DNA from: Rhynchobatus australiae
Taxonomy: Eukaryota
NCBI GenBank assembly: GCA_034780895.1
Contig: JAUZTB010000064.1
Coordinates: 118,757,014 to 118,821,013, forward strand
Length of the DNA stretch: 64,000 nt
Direction: 5' to 3'
Both the position numbers and the translations under genes were made by a program. Of the stretch, positions 52,313 to 64,000 are shown in pieces; the first letter of the stretch is position 1, and each line of letters begins with the position of its first letter. The notes under the pieces were generated by a model that did not search any database, was not told the DNA's origin, and saw only the letters and a list, made by a program, of their open reading frames with translations.

Positions 52313-53250
52313 CCTTTGGCACCCAAGCACAGTGGCAGAAGGATATCTTATAGCTGCTGCCCATTTCCTGTTGAAGTAATTGTTGTTAAATCAGTTGGCC
52401 ATAATTTAGTTCTGTAGGACAGTCTCCTTCAGTAGGTAAATACTAGAAGATGCAGCGATAATTATTAACAATTGTACTTAGAATTCTTTCTTTTCCCCTC
52501 CCCCACCTCCTCCACTTAAAATAGCTTACTCAAAGTTAGCATCCCTTTCCTGGGCAATATAATTTGTAAACGACTGCATAATGAAAGACCAGGAAACCTG
52601 AGTTTCCCTTGTCGTGCAAGCTCCCAGTCAGACACACAATCATATCCAACTGTGCTAAATTGTAATTTTTATGTCTGATTACATTAAATGAGTAAGTTGG
52701 TCACCAGCACTGCCTCGTCATTCTTGTCCTGTTGCACATGGAAACAAGCAATAAAAAGTGACCAATGCCATGTTTTTTGTTTATTGGTTATATAATGTGC
52801 GGTTGGAAGCATAGGATTCATCAGATCACATGAAAACTCTACTGATGCATATTTCTTGTAACTTCTTTGAATCAGATTTCATTGTAGCTTTTTAATTTGG
52901 GTTAGAAGCCTCCATTGTTCCCCTCACTAGTTCTGTTTACCATTATCTTAGTTTGTTGCTTAACATCAGTGCACAGCAGTAAAAGTTTCTCTGTCCCAGT
53001 AGTCTGAATGTTGCAGATCTATTATAAGGAACTGTCTGAACACATGGCAAAGAAATGCAGATTATGCACCAATTTATGTTTACTGAAATAACCATGTACA
53101 TGGTTTTCATGCAGCTGCCCTTTAAGATCATGTCAGTCATGAACTTGTCTGCCTTACCATCTATGCCATCACTTTTTCATTAGCATAGTATTTGGGCAAC
53201 AAAGGTCCTACATCGAACAAAATCTGACAGAGGTCAAGATCTACAAGAAC

Positions 53251-53570
53251 ATGGTGGCACAGCTGGTAGCAGCTACCTCACAGTGCCAGAGACCCAGGTT
53301 CAATCCTGACCTCAGGTGCTGTTCTGTGTGGAGTCTGCACATTCACCCTGTGACCACGTGGGTTTCCTCCAGGTGCTCCAGTTTCCTCCCACATCCCAAA
53401 GTCATGAGGGGCGCTAAGTTAATTGAACAATGTAAGTTGCCGCTAGTGCTCAGGTGTGTGGTAGAACATGGGGGTAGCTGAAGAGAATGTGAGGAGAATG
53501 CAAAAATGGGATTAATGTAGTATTAGTGTAAGTGGGTGGTTAATGGTGGGTCTGTTTCCATGCACTACCC
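53251..53570 (+). mobile_element. HE1/V-SINE
   Basis: A-box ggtggcacagctgg, B-box ggttcaatcc, V-domain gtgggtttcctccaggtgctccagtttcctcccacatcccaaag. Confidence 0.9.
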
Positions 53571-54697
53571 CCCCCCAATGACTATAACAAGATGCATTTA
53601 CAGGATAAAGCGCAAGTAATATACTAATGTGNNNCCCACAGGACTTCATAAGGAGTGATAGTAAGCAAAACTTGGCACTGAGCCGTAAAAGAAGAAATTA
53701 GGGCAGAAGAACAAAAGGTTAGTCAAAGTTTTATGAAATGTCCCAAAGGAGAAAAGAGGGGAAGAGAGACATAGAGGTTGGCTGGGGTGGAGTTGGAATT
53801 GTTTGACAACTGAAGGCGTGCTGCCATAAATAGAGCAATTAAAGTAGAGGATGCTCGAGACTAGAGCCAGAGGAACACTGGTATCATGGAGAATTGTCGA
53901 TCAAGAGGCAGGGAGAACAAACCTGGGCAGAGATGCCCTCGGTAATCATCTTAAAAAAAAGTTCTATTGTCATGTGAGGGTGTGGACAGGCACATTCCTG
54001 GCTTGTGCACACTCTCCCTGTGACGTTAAGGATAAATCTGTGGTCAAGCACCCTGTCAAAAAAACAATCAGGTTAAAATTCTTGTGCACAGTCCTGACAG
54101 GTGGAGATCACAAGGATAGGGAATGAAGAATCCATGAATGGATTTGGAAACAAGGATTAGAATTTTAAAACTGAGCTATTGGTTAACCCAGCATGGAATT
54201 TGGACAAGTCCGAAGATCCGAGGATGTTCTAGAGAGAGGATGATGCCCTGGAGCTGGGGGTCATTGAAACTACTGGAGAAAATAAGTCAGGTTAAATCCA
54301 GGGGGCAGGAAGATGGAGAAATTAATGTGGAAAAAACATCGTTCAAATACTTAAGCCCATTGTGTTCCTGCATGGCATTTTCAACATCAGCAGGGGTGGA
54401 AAATTAGCACTGGCAGATCAGTCACCCGTTCTACATACAGCCCAATTTCCCATTCCTGTGAAGTCAATAGGAGGGGAAAACAGGTGTCCAGTCCACTGGC
54501 AGCAGTTTGCATTCCATCTGGTTAATTATCAATGATCCACTTCCAGCAAAGAGACAGAAGCCTTGTCTAAACTAGTTACAACACATTTGAAGGCAACCTG
54601 AGACCCCTGCCAGCTTTGGGGTCATGGTGTAGATCCCACCAGGAAAAAATGGGATGGGTTAATTTAAACAGACGCAGTCTCCATGTAGGCTGCATTA

Positions 54698-54995
54698 GGG
54701 CAGGCATGGTAGTGTAGCGATTAGCATAATGCTATAACAGCGTCAGCAACCCAGCTTGAATTCCGGCCACTGTCTGTAAGGAGTTTGTACGTTCTCCCCG
54801 TGCCTGTGTGGGTTTCTTCTGGGTGCTCCGGTTTCCTCCCACGTTCCAAAGGCGTATGGGTTAGGAAAGTTGTGAGCATGCTATGTTGGCGCTGGAAGCA
54901 TGGTGACACTTGTGGGCTGCACCCCAGAACACTACGCAAAAGATGCATTCCACTGTGTGTTTCGATGTACATGTGACTAATAAAGATACCTTATT
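54698..54995 (+). mobile_element. tRNA-derived V-SINE, subfamily with non-CR1 tail
   Basis: Co-linear with 35494-35785 along its whole length, including gcatgctatgttggc..ctggaagcatgg and tacatgtgactaataaagata. Confidence 0.9.
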
Positions 54996-55204
54996 AATAC
55001 CACGAGGAAGTGAAAAGGGTTGGGACTTCATATGTTGGATGGTAGAGGGGAAGGAATGGAACACTTGGAGGAAAGGGAAAGGGATGGAAAAGCTGGGTAG
55101 AGCTGGGCTGGTGGTGGTGGGAGGGATGTGTGAATCTCAGTGGGAAATCAATGAAGACACAAACCTTTAAGGCTGTAGTGGGCTGTGAAATTTGTTGTTT
55201 AGAA

Positions 55205-56360
55205 GCTCAGCATGGCTTTGTGCAGGGGAGGTCATGTCCTACAAAATTGATTGAGTTTTTTGAGGAGGTGATGAAGATGATTGAAGAGACAGTGGATGTT
55301 GTATGCATGGACTTTAGTTAAAGCCTTCAACAAGGTTCTTCATGGTAGGCTGATCCAGAAGATTAAGACAAATAGGATGCATGGAGACCTGGTAGATTGG
55401 ATTCAAAATAGGCTTGGTCGTAGAAGACAGAAGATAGTGGTGGAGGGGTGATATTCTGACTGGAGGTCTGTGACCAGTGGTATTCAGTGCTGAGATCTCT
55501 ATTGTTTGTGAGATACATAAATGATTTGGACAAAAATATAGGTGGGTGGGTTAGTAAGTTTGCAGATGATGCAGAAATTGGTGGAGTTTAAAAAGGATTC
55601 AGCCAAATATGAACAAGATGGAAATGTGGGCAGGAAAATAGCAGATGGAGTTTAATCCGGACAAGTGTGAGGTGTGGCACTTTGGAAGGTCAAATGTAAA
55701 GGGAAAGTATACAATAAACAGCAGGACCCTTAAGTACAGAGGGATCTTGGGGTGCAAGTCCAGAGATCTCTTAAAGTGGCAACACAAGTAGTTAGGGTGG
55801 TAAAGAAGGTGTACATCATACTTGCCTTGCTCGGTCAGAGTGTTGGATATAAAATTCAGGAAGTCATGTTGCAGCTGTATATAACTTTGTTTAGGTCACA
55901 TTTGGAGTATTGTGTGTAGTTCTGGACGCCATATTACAGGAAGGATGTAGAGGCTTTGGAGAGGGTGCAGAAGAGGTTCACCAGGATGTTGCCTGGATAA
56001 GAGATCATTAGTTATAAGGAGAAAACTTGGATTAATTTCTCTGGAGCATCAGAGGCTGAGGGGCAATAATTTAAATAAAATTATGAGAGGTATAGATAGG
56101 GTAGGTACTCTTTTTCCCAGGGTGGAAATGTCAAATAGTGGAGGGGATGGCTTTAAGAAGAGGTGGAGAAAGTTTAAAGGAGATTTTCAAGGCAAGTTTT
56201 TTTACACAGAGAGCGGCAGGTGCCTGGAACATGCTGCGAGGGGAAATGGTGAAAGCATTAAAAAGCAATGTTTAAGAGGCATTTAGACAGGGGCATGAAT
56301 AGGCAGGGAAACAGAAGGATATCGACCATTTGCAGTCAGATGGAATTAGTTTGGATTGGC
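55205..56360 (+). mobile_element. CR1-clade LINE RT pseudogene
   Basis: QHGFVQGRSCPTKLIEFFEEV..VDVVCMDFS, SKFADD (agtaagtttgcagatgat), LERVQKRFTRMLPG, MRGIDRV; several stops and frameshifts. Confidence 0.95.
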
Positions 56361-56476
56361 GTTAAGAATGAGCAACTACAGCAAATAAATACTCATATGG
56401 TGATGAGGATCAGGTCCTCGTAATAGAATTGTAAACCACATTTTAACTCAAGAGAATTTTGGCCTTCAGGGTGGCC

Positions 56477-56792
56477 AGTGGCACAGCTAGTAGAGCTGCT
56501 GCCTCACAGTTGCAGAGACACATGTTCAGGCCTGGCCTTGGGTTCTGTCTGTGTGAAGTCTGTACGTTCTTCCTGTGACCATGTGAACTTCCTCCCACAT
56601 CCCAAAGACGTGCAGGTTGGTAAGTTAATTGGCCACTGTAAATTGTCCTTAGTGTGTTACTGAGTGATAAAAGCTGGGGGGAGTTGGTGAGAATGTGGAG
56701 GAGTAAAAAAGGTGGGATTAATGTGGGATTAGTGTAAAGGGGTGGTTGGTGGTTGGCACCGACTGAATGCGCTGAAGGGCCGGCTTCCATGA
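56477..56792 (+). mobile_element. HE1/V-SINE
   Basis: gtggcacagctagtagagctgctgcctcacag...cctcccacatcccaaagacgtgcaggttggtaagttaattggccactgtaaattg...gctgaagggcc. Confidence 0.88.
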
Positions 56793-57164
56793 TGTGTTTC
56801 TCAAACAGCACTGCTCAGTAATATTGTGAGTATTGCTAACAGTGTAGATTAATCCCTGAAGTATGTATGCTTAGATTTATACGGCATACAATTAAAACAT
56901 TTATTTAACCTACCTGTAAAGTCCCGGCTTAACAGTAGATATACTGCAAGCCATCTAGACAGTAAGTAGTTTGGGTACACTTGGTTGTCATGCTCAATGA
57001 AGAGCGGACTGAATCTGCTGGCATCGGCAGAATATCCCTTGCGCTCCCTTATAACAAGGTTAATGTCCTTTATGTGTCCTTTTGCACACAGTAGAAAATG
57101 GGTGAACAATCTACTTTCTGTGGCAAGTGTGAAATGTCAGTCAAGCATTTTTTAATGAATATTG

Positions 57165-57670
57165 AAGCATGGAAGGCAGCCATTCATCTTGTCAGGTCTC
57201 TGTGAAAGAGCAATCCCTCTGGACCCATTCCCCCGATCTCCACTCCAGAGTTCTGCAAATGCTTTTGTTTCAACTACCCACTCAGCTCTCCTTTAAACAC
57301 TTCAAGTGGATCTACCTCATCTACCACTCCTGGTGAATATACCAGACACTAAGTGCTCACAGTGTAAAAAGTGGTTCCTTTCATTACTTTTGGTTCCTTT
57401 GCAAATCATCTTCATTCTGTGAGAACAGTTTCTTTCTCTCTTCTTGATCTAGGCCTTCTGTGGTTTTTCACAACTGCCTCTGTCCCAAAGAGAGCCATCT
57501 TTAATTGTGCGGATAAATTGGAGAGCCAAGCTTCTCCAGTTTATCCATATTATTGAAGTGTCTCATCTCTCAAACCATTTTGGTAAATCTCATCTGAGTA
57601 ATTTCCAAAGCCTTCACATCTGTTCTGAAGTGTGGCACCCGGAATAGGATACAATTATCCAATTCTACTG
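57165..57670 (-). mobile_element. Old CR1-clade LINE fragment
   Basis: atggaaggcagccattc tail, tctaccactcctgg, ttttggtaaatctc...gtgtggcacccggaataggataca (QxWxP motif on the minus strand). Confidence 0.55.
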
Positions 57671-58046
57671 AATGAGGTAGTCATAACCTGTGGACTAAAG
57701 TCTACGTCAATAGTCTGACTGTTCATTGGAATCCATGGTCTTAAAAGAGGTAACATGAGCCTATGTAAATGGATTTTAGTCTCATGTTATTGGATGGAAC
57801 TTTGCAAACAACTTGGTTTCCAATGCTCCTTATGGACTTGTGGAAGAGATATTTCGCAGCCTAATCGTCCCAGTGAGCTGAAGGACAGATTTTACTGCCA
57901 CAGGTATCTCCTGGGCTGAGACTAATTAGTCAGTCACTATATTTGGGGATTGAGGGAACAGGGTCATTCTCCTCTATACTCTAGCAATTTTTTTCCATTT
58001 GCATTCAATATAGTGGAATGCCTTGATCATCCTAATGATGTCCATT

Positions 58047-58400
58047 TGAGTAACAGAGTTATACAACATGGAAAATTCTTTCAGGCGATTGAATCCATGC
58101 CAACTATCAAGCATCCTTTTACACTAATCCTGTACTAATCCCGTTTTTATTCTCCCCTCAGTCCCATCAAATCCTCCCAGATTCTGCCACTTGCCTACAT
58201 ACAGTGTAATTTACAGTGGCCAAATAACCTGCCATCCTGAACATCTTTAGGATGTGGGAGGAAACCACAGCAACTGGAGGAAGGCTATGCAGTCACAGGG
58301 AGAATGTGCATGTTCCACACAGACAGACACGGAGCTCAAGACTGTACCCAGATTTCTGGAGCTACAAGGCAGCAGCTCTAGAAGCTGTGCCACTGTGCCA
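58047..58400 (-). mobile_element. HE1/V-SINE
   Basis: cccatcaaatcctcccagattctgccac...aatttacagtggccaa...gatgtgggaggaaac...gcagcagctcta...tgtgccactgtgcc. Confidence 0.85.
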
Positions 58401-60654
58401 CCTCCTGAGACATACCTTCATGTACAATCTCTGCTGTTCAATAGCCAAGATGTCAGTTGTAGACCAGCTGGTGTAAGGTGCTGCAGCTTGTCTTCCATCT
58501 GTGAGAACAGATCTTCTTTTCCTGGAAGAGGCGGCAAACTCGAGGACCTTGGCTGGTCATGAAACAAGAAAAGGAACAAATAACATTTGCTTTCTGCTGC
58601 AAGTTATGGTTAACCCATTGAGAGCAAGGACCCTGCTACCCATGTGTTTTGAGGAACAATGATTAAGCCCACTCAGTGTGTCTACTTCAGCAGCCATTTT
58701 GTTTTCAAAGAAGTTTGAACCATTGTATGGGTTAGTAATCCAGAGCTCATGCTGAAAGCTCTCCCCCATGTCACATTGTGAAATTAACTTCAGTAAACCT
58801 GTTATATGGGCTGGCAACCAAAAATAAGACATTACAGCTGCAGCTTGTTTGTAAAAACCCAGTTCATTAATTGCCCCGTGGGATGGGGACCTGCCCCTTC
58901 TCCTTACCCTGTACGACGTACAGGTCTGGGGCTCCACACCAAATGGCTGATACTTAATGCCCTTTAAAGTGCAGGTTACTCTGATGTAAAGCAGACATTA
59001 CAAAGTAGAAGGCAGTGGCATATTACCATGTTTACGGGGTAGAAGTTGCATCTTGGCAGGGAGATTTGGATGGCTGGTGTCCACAGAGGGAATGGGGTGG
59101 GGGAGAAAGGCATCAGACCCCAACACAGATGGTTGGTGAAAGCATCAGAGACCTGAGCTGATGGCTGGGGGTGGACATTGAAGTCTGATACTGATGTATC
59201 GTGGGGGTGGTGAGAAATTGGGGAAACCTGGCACTGATGGTTGGATGAGAGGGGAATAATGGAGGACTGGTTAGAGATGTAGGGTTCAGGGCCTGGGACT
59301 TGGAGGATGGTAGGATCGGGAGAGAGAGTTGTGGGGTAAAGAGGTAGTTAGGGGATCAGTTCAGTGCTAGGACAAGAATGGGCAGGACAGAAGTAGGCAA
59401 TCACCAGGCATTGCACTGGGAACACCAGGTTGTTCTGCATGTGCCCAAGGATGGATGGTCAGACCAAAGATTATACATGAAGATATGTCTTAGAGGATGG
59501 TACAGCGGTGCTGCTGTTCCACAGCTCCAGTAACCTGGGTTCAGCCCTGGTCTCTGGTGCTGTCCAAGTTCACCAGCAGTGATACGTGTCCTTGGTGCTC
59601 CAAAAGGAACATTGCATTCTGCATGCAGTGAAATGGATATTGTGTCAGGGCCACAGGGAGTGCACAGTTAAACAGGAATGATCACTGTTCACTCCGGAAA
59701 AGGTTACCTTTCAATTGCATAACCCTGAGTTATGTAGTTGAATTTTTAGACTGAAGTCACTCAGACAGTGGAATGCCTCTGTTTATGTGGCTGTGAACCT
59801 CCTAGTGGTGACTGGTTGTACTCCGAGTTGAGCTGGGCAAAAATTGCCAAGGGAAGCTCGAGTTGGTTTAGTTCAAATGTCTCTGTAAGATTGGGTAAAT
59901 TGATTGGCTAAATGTGATAATGTGGCATTGGCCACAACATTAAAATGTAGAATTACAGGAAAGACTTAAAGGAAGGCCATACCCTTAGCCCGAATCCCTG
60001 AGGTTTGTACTGGGCAGCAAGGCAGGGAGTCAGTTCCTTCAACAGCCTAAAACTTGGTCCCTCTCTTATGTAATGTTAGTTGTTCTGTACAGAAAAGCTG
60101 TCCGTTTAGCTAGCCTTTGAGTTTCTGTGGTAAAAAGGTTGGAGTGAGGCTTCAGTTGAAGTTGAGGTTGGGGTGATTGGAGGGCAGGGCCCCAATTGGA
60201 CAGCCTCCCATTCCCAGCTCTCCCACATTCACCAGCCTGAGCTGGCCAAGCTCCCTGTCTTTGCTGTAATTTTTGGATTCACTGTGCTGGTTCTGGGGTG
60301 TACAGCTACTCTTCTTTTCCTACTGCACTCTTCAGTAGAAAGTAAGAGAATTCTGTTGGAGGCTATCATAGCTCCAGAGGAAATACACTATAACCATGGA
60401 GGGTTTTTTCCACTCATAATCAGGAGGTCTTAATCTCAGCTGTCAGTCAGGAACACAGAGCACAGAGGCAGATAGTGACTGAGGAAGAGCGATGCTGAGA
60501 ATTCTGTAGAACTGGAAGCAGGTGGAGAAGCTGGAGGGGGTAATGGGTAAACTACTGCAAAGTACTTCAGCAACAAGGTATTCACATGTGCTAGCAAATG
60601 AATACAGTGGTCATCATTGAAAAGAACAAGGGGAAATCTCTATATTTCTTTACA

Positions 60655-61505
60655 ACATAGAAGGAGGCCATTTGTCCCATCATGTTTGGATCTTAGTGCA
60701 TTCCTATTCCCCCACTAATTTACTCTGTAATCAGTTCTCCTCACATTCCCATCAATTCTTGATGAAGTCAATGATGGCCATGGCATATTCATTCAGATCC
60801 AAAGATGAATCCCTGAATATGATCCAGTCCACCGATTCAAAGCAGTCCAGTGAACGCTCCTCCACCTCCCTTGACCAGACCTTCGCGATCCTCACCATTG
60901 GTGCTGCGGTCTTCAGTCTCTGCCTATATGTTGGGAGTAGAAGTATAGCCAGGTGATCGGACTTGCCAGAGTGCGGGCATGGTATGGCACGGTAAGCGTT
61001 CTTGATGGCAGTGTAGCAGTGATCGAGTGTGTTGGCTCCTCTGGTTCCACAGGTGACACGTTGGTGGTAGTTTGTCAGAGACTTCTTCAAGTTGACCTGG
61101 CTGAGGTCCCTGTGATGATTGGGAAGGCGTCAGGGCGCGCTGTCTCATGACTGCTGATCACTGTGCTCAGCTCCTCCAGTGCTAGTTTGACGTCTGCCAG
61201 AGGTGGAATGTACACCGCTACCAGGATGATGGTGGAGAACTCCTTCGGCAGATAGAGCGCACGGCACTTGAATCTCCCTCCAGATTCTACCACTAACTTA
61301 AACACAGTGGTAATTGGCAATTTACTGTGGCCAATTAACCTACCAACCAGGACATCTTTAGAATGCTGGAGGAAACCAGTGCAGTTGGGGAAAACTGATG
61401 CAGCCACAGGGGCATTGTGCAAACTCCACACAGACAACACCGGGGGAGGTCAGGATCAAACCCAGGTCTCCAGTTCCATGAGGCAGTACTCTGCTATTTG
61501 TGCCA
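60655..61505 (-). mobile_element. HE1/V-SINE split into 60655-60755 and 61273-61505 by a LINE fragment
   Basis: Joining ...cacattcccatcaa + tctccctccagattctaccac... reproduces the uninterrupted sequence at 58160-58190. Confidence 0.8.
60756..61272 (-). mobile_element. Rex1/Babar LINE internal fragment, APE endonuclease domain
   Basis: KCRALYLPKEFSTIILVAVYIPP..DAFPIITG / (frameshift) LKKSLTNYHQRVTCGTRGANTLDHCYT..PHSGKSDHLAILLLPTYRQRLK..DCFESVDW. Confidence 0.9.
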
Positions 61506-63231
61506 CCTAACCCCTGCGACCTGATGCCAACCTGAAGGGTCAAATTGACCGCTGTGCATTCCCTGGCTAATTCCAGGGGAGTCCATTGTCAGAGTAAGGG
61601 GTACAACATTCTCAAGCTACACTTCCTTCGAATGCCATTCTACTTAAGGAGAATGGGATGATGGTATCAAATTTGCTGTCCATGGGACACCTTTTGACTG
61701 ATAACTGCCTGGCACTGGAATAGAAACTGTCTGTGCTCATCTGATGCCTAGAAGTCATGAAGTTTGTAGCAGTTTACTGCCCCTTCTACTCTCCTTCCCT
61801 GGGGAGAAATATTTACCAACATAATGCAGGGCAAGGAACTTTCCATTGACTTCTGGCCTATAAAACATAGCTAGCCCTACATTCACATATGGTCTTTTTT
61901 CAGAGGAAAAGAGGAGAAATAGAATTGTGACTGGTGGGATGTTGGGGAGAATTAGGGAATTGAGGTCATGTTGGGCAGGGCGTCTACTTTCCCACAATGT
62001 TGCAAAACAGCCTTTGTGTGGTTCTTAGAACCAGGCAGGGAGGGCCAAAAGGACTTCATTTTTAAAAGTATAAATAAAAATGTAAAGTAATATCAAAACT
62101 GTTCAAAATGTTGTGTACATTTTTCTCACACTAACAGAGTCCAATGAACAGTGTAACAACATGGCAAAATTCTAGGGAGGAGTCTCATCATGCTGATACA
62201 AGTTTCGTAGAAATGAAGCAGGGGAAGTTCAAGGTCAATGAAAGTGTTAAAAGGAAAAGTCTGCAGAGGAAGTTGCTGCAAGTATTTGCACTCCAGTCTT
62301 GTTAGCTTAGTTAACAAAAAGCCTTCAGGATTCACTTCATTCATGCTTCACTCGGCATAACTTCCTCCTTTTGCAAAGCACAGATTGGGGAAGTGGGGAA
62401 CTGACTTCAGAAGTATTTGGAGCACAATAATTCCTAGTGCTGTTTGCAACTTTTTGTTACATATCTTTTGTAGTCTGCGAGCCTTATAATGGAATCCTCA
62501 ATAATACTTACCTTGCATTGGTCATTAAAGAGAGATTCCTCCCACAAATATCCACTGAGAAGGTACTGCTCCTTCTTCCTCCAGCTTCTGTTGTGACACA
62601 CATTTTCACTTCTCTGTGATTTCAGTGCACCCTGTTGTGTGGCAGGTCCGTGAATGGAGTGGTTCACTTTCCACTGTAGAACCAATCAGATCAGGAAGGT
62701 CTGGAAATTGAAGGAAAATCCAAGAATAGAACTGTCTCTGCACTCTGACCATTGTACTCACCTGGAATGGAAAGCATTAGCTGGGGAAAATTGATCACAA
62801 TTACTATAACGCAAGTCGAACTCGAGGAACTTTCCTTGAGTTGTATCTATCTGTCCTCGAAGGCATTAAATTGGAACTGAACACTGATCTTGCTCTGGCC
62901 ATCAGTGAGTAACACTGAACAAAGACCTGTCTTTTCCCCTGAGAAGGGAGGAGAACTTCAATTGTGATTCATCCCAAAGCCACTGTCCTGAAGCTGGAAC
63001 AGCAAGTTCTGGTAAAAAGCTGGGAGTTCAGCCTGCAGAAATAGGGAAGTAAATTTTAATGTCTGAAGAAAAGTTCAAGCAGTACATTTTTTGAAGAAGT
63101 TTCACTTTTGAAAAGGTATGTTTGACATGGGCTTCATCTGGTAGCTATTCTAAGGGCATACATCTAAACACCAGACTATCCTTCTGTGTTTAGTTGTGTT
63201 TAGTCATAGTGAAACGATGATGCCTTCATCT

Positions 63232-63433
63232 GCATGTACGTAAACAGACATGTACGCACATATGGACTGACACGTACCCTACAAAAAACCACATATATTC
63301 AAATACACACACAACCACATGCGCACACACACAGATACATGCACATAACCGTGTGTACGCACATACAACCTTACATACACACCACATGCGTGCACACACA
63401 CAACTGTACACATGCATAAACACACACACAGCT

Positions 63434-63464
<31 letters not shown>
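63232..63464 (+). repeat. Degenerate CA-rich tract ending in perfect (CA)n
   Basis: Direct inspection; explains the low-complexity HT/VC ORFs. Confidence 0.93.
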
Positions 63465-63467
<3 letters not shown>

Positions 63468-63504
63468 TTAAAGGGACCTTCACTAATAGTAACCTAGTCC
63501 GTAA

Positions 63505-63730
63505 CAGGCGAGAGAGAACCAGTAACTATAAAGCAGTCAGTCTATGAGTTGCAGGATGATGCTAGAATCTATTATTAAGGAAGTGGTAACAAGGCAGTTA
63601 GACAATAATAGGATTGGGCAATCAGTATGGATTTACAGAAAAGAAGTCATATCGAGATTTCTGAGGTTACAACAGGCAGAATATCAAGGGTGAGCCAATG
63701 GATATGTTTTACTGGACTTCCAAAAGCGCC
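63505..63730 (+). mobile_element. Decayed CR1 RT N-terminal fragment
   Basis: SNYKAVSL (NYRPVSL motif), a YGFTEKKS motif, and ..DFQK before the gap. Confidence 0.65.
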
Positions 63731-63830
63731 NNNNNNNNNNNNNNNNNNNNNNNNNNNNNNNNNNNNNNNNNNNNNNNNNNNNNNNNNNNNNNNNNNNNNN
63801 NNNNNNNNNNNNNNNNNNNNNNNNNNNNNN

Positions 63831-63915
63831 CTGGTAGGCTGGAGTTGATGCGTGCCATGACCAACCTCTCAAAGCACTTCATGGTGGTGGATGTCAGAGC
63901 CACTGGTCGGTAGTC
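63831..63915 (-). mobile_element. Rex1/Babar RT fragment
   Basis: DYRPVALTSTTMKCFERLVMARINSSLP. Confidence 0.88.
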
Positions 63916-64000
63916 TAATTGGTCACTGGTCGGTAGCTCGGTAGTCTAATAGCCACCAATACTTTAAGCCAACTATAGCCCCAGCTAGAAGCATTTAGAC

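Noticed and set aside
9698-61997. Scattered CSL/RBPJ sites (GTGGGAA) suggesting Notch autoregulation
   Set aside because: About eight are expected by chance for a 7-mer over both strands of 64 kb; several lie within LINEs, and I saw no paired head-to-head site.
63226-63547. His/Thr- and Val/Cys-rich ORFs
   Set aside because: Translations of the CA microsatellite.
1-64000. Prokaryote-type systems (CRISPR array, operon, defence island) or additional MAML3 exons
   Set aside because: No regular repeat-spacer array or gene-dense region. No peptide resembling the MAML3 N-terminal CSL/Notch-binding helix or downstream exons was seen, though small exons or ones inside gaps could be missed.

Overview
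Vertebrate genomic DNA from a draft assembly with many N gaps. The repeat complement (HE1/V-SINEs, Deu-domain SINEs, CR1, Rex1/Babar, Penelope) points to a cartilaginous fish (shark or ray; inference). The only convincing host coding sequence is one large internal exon on the + strand (25908-27446), matching exon 2 of the Notch co-activator MAML3. The rest is best read as the flanking parts of its very long introns 1 and 2, filled with decayed retroelements, one Tigger-like MITE, microsatellites and a few enhancer-like unique stretches. I judge the other listed short ORFs to be transposon debris or noise. I see no new multi-gene system. The most interesting signals are: (i) small palindromic Penelope-derived elements with remnants of a minimal hammerhead ribozyme, one flanked by a clean 11-bp target-site duplication; (ii) a codon-degenerate (Gly-Pro)8 tract in MAML3; (iii) a tail-less internal Rex1 endonuclease fragment splitting a SINE; (iv) V-SINEs with a shared core but different 3' tails. 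Family and gene assignments come from recalled consensus sequences, not database searches, and repeat boundaries are approximate.
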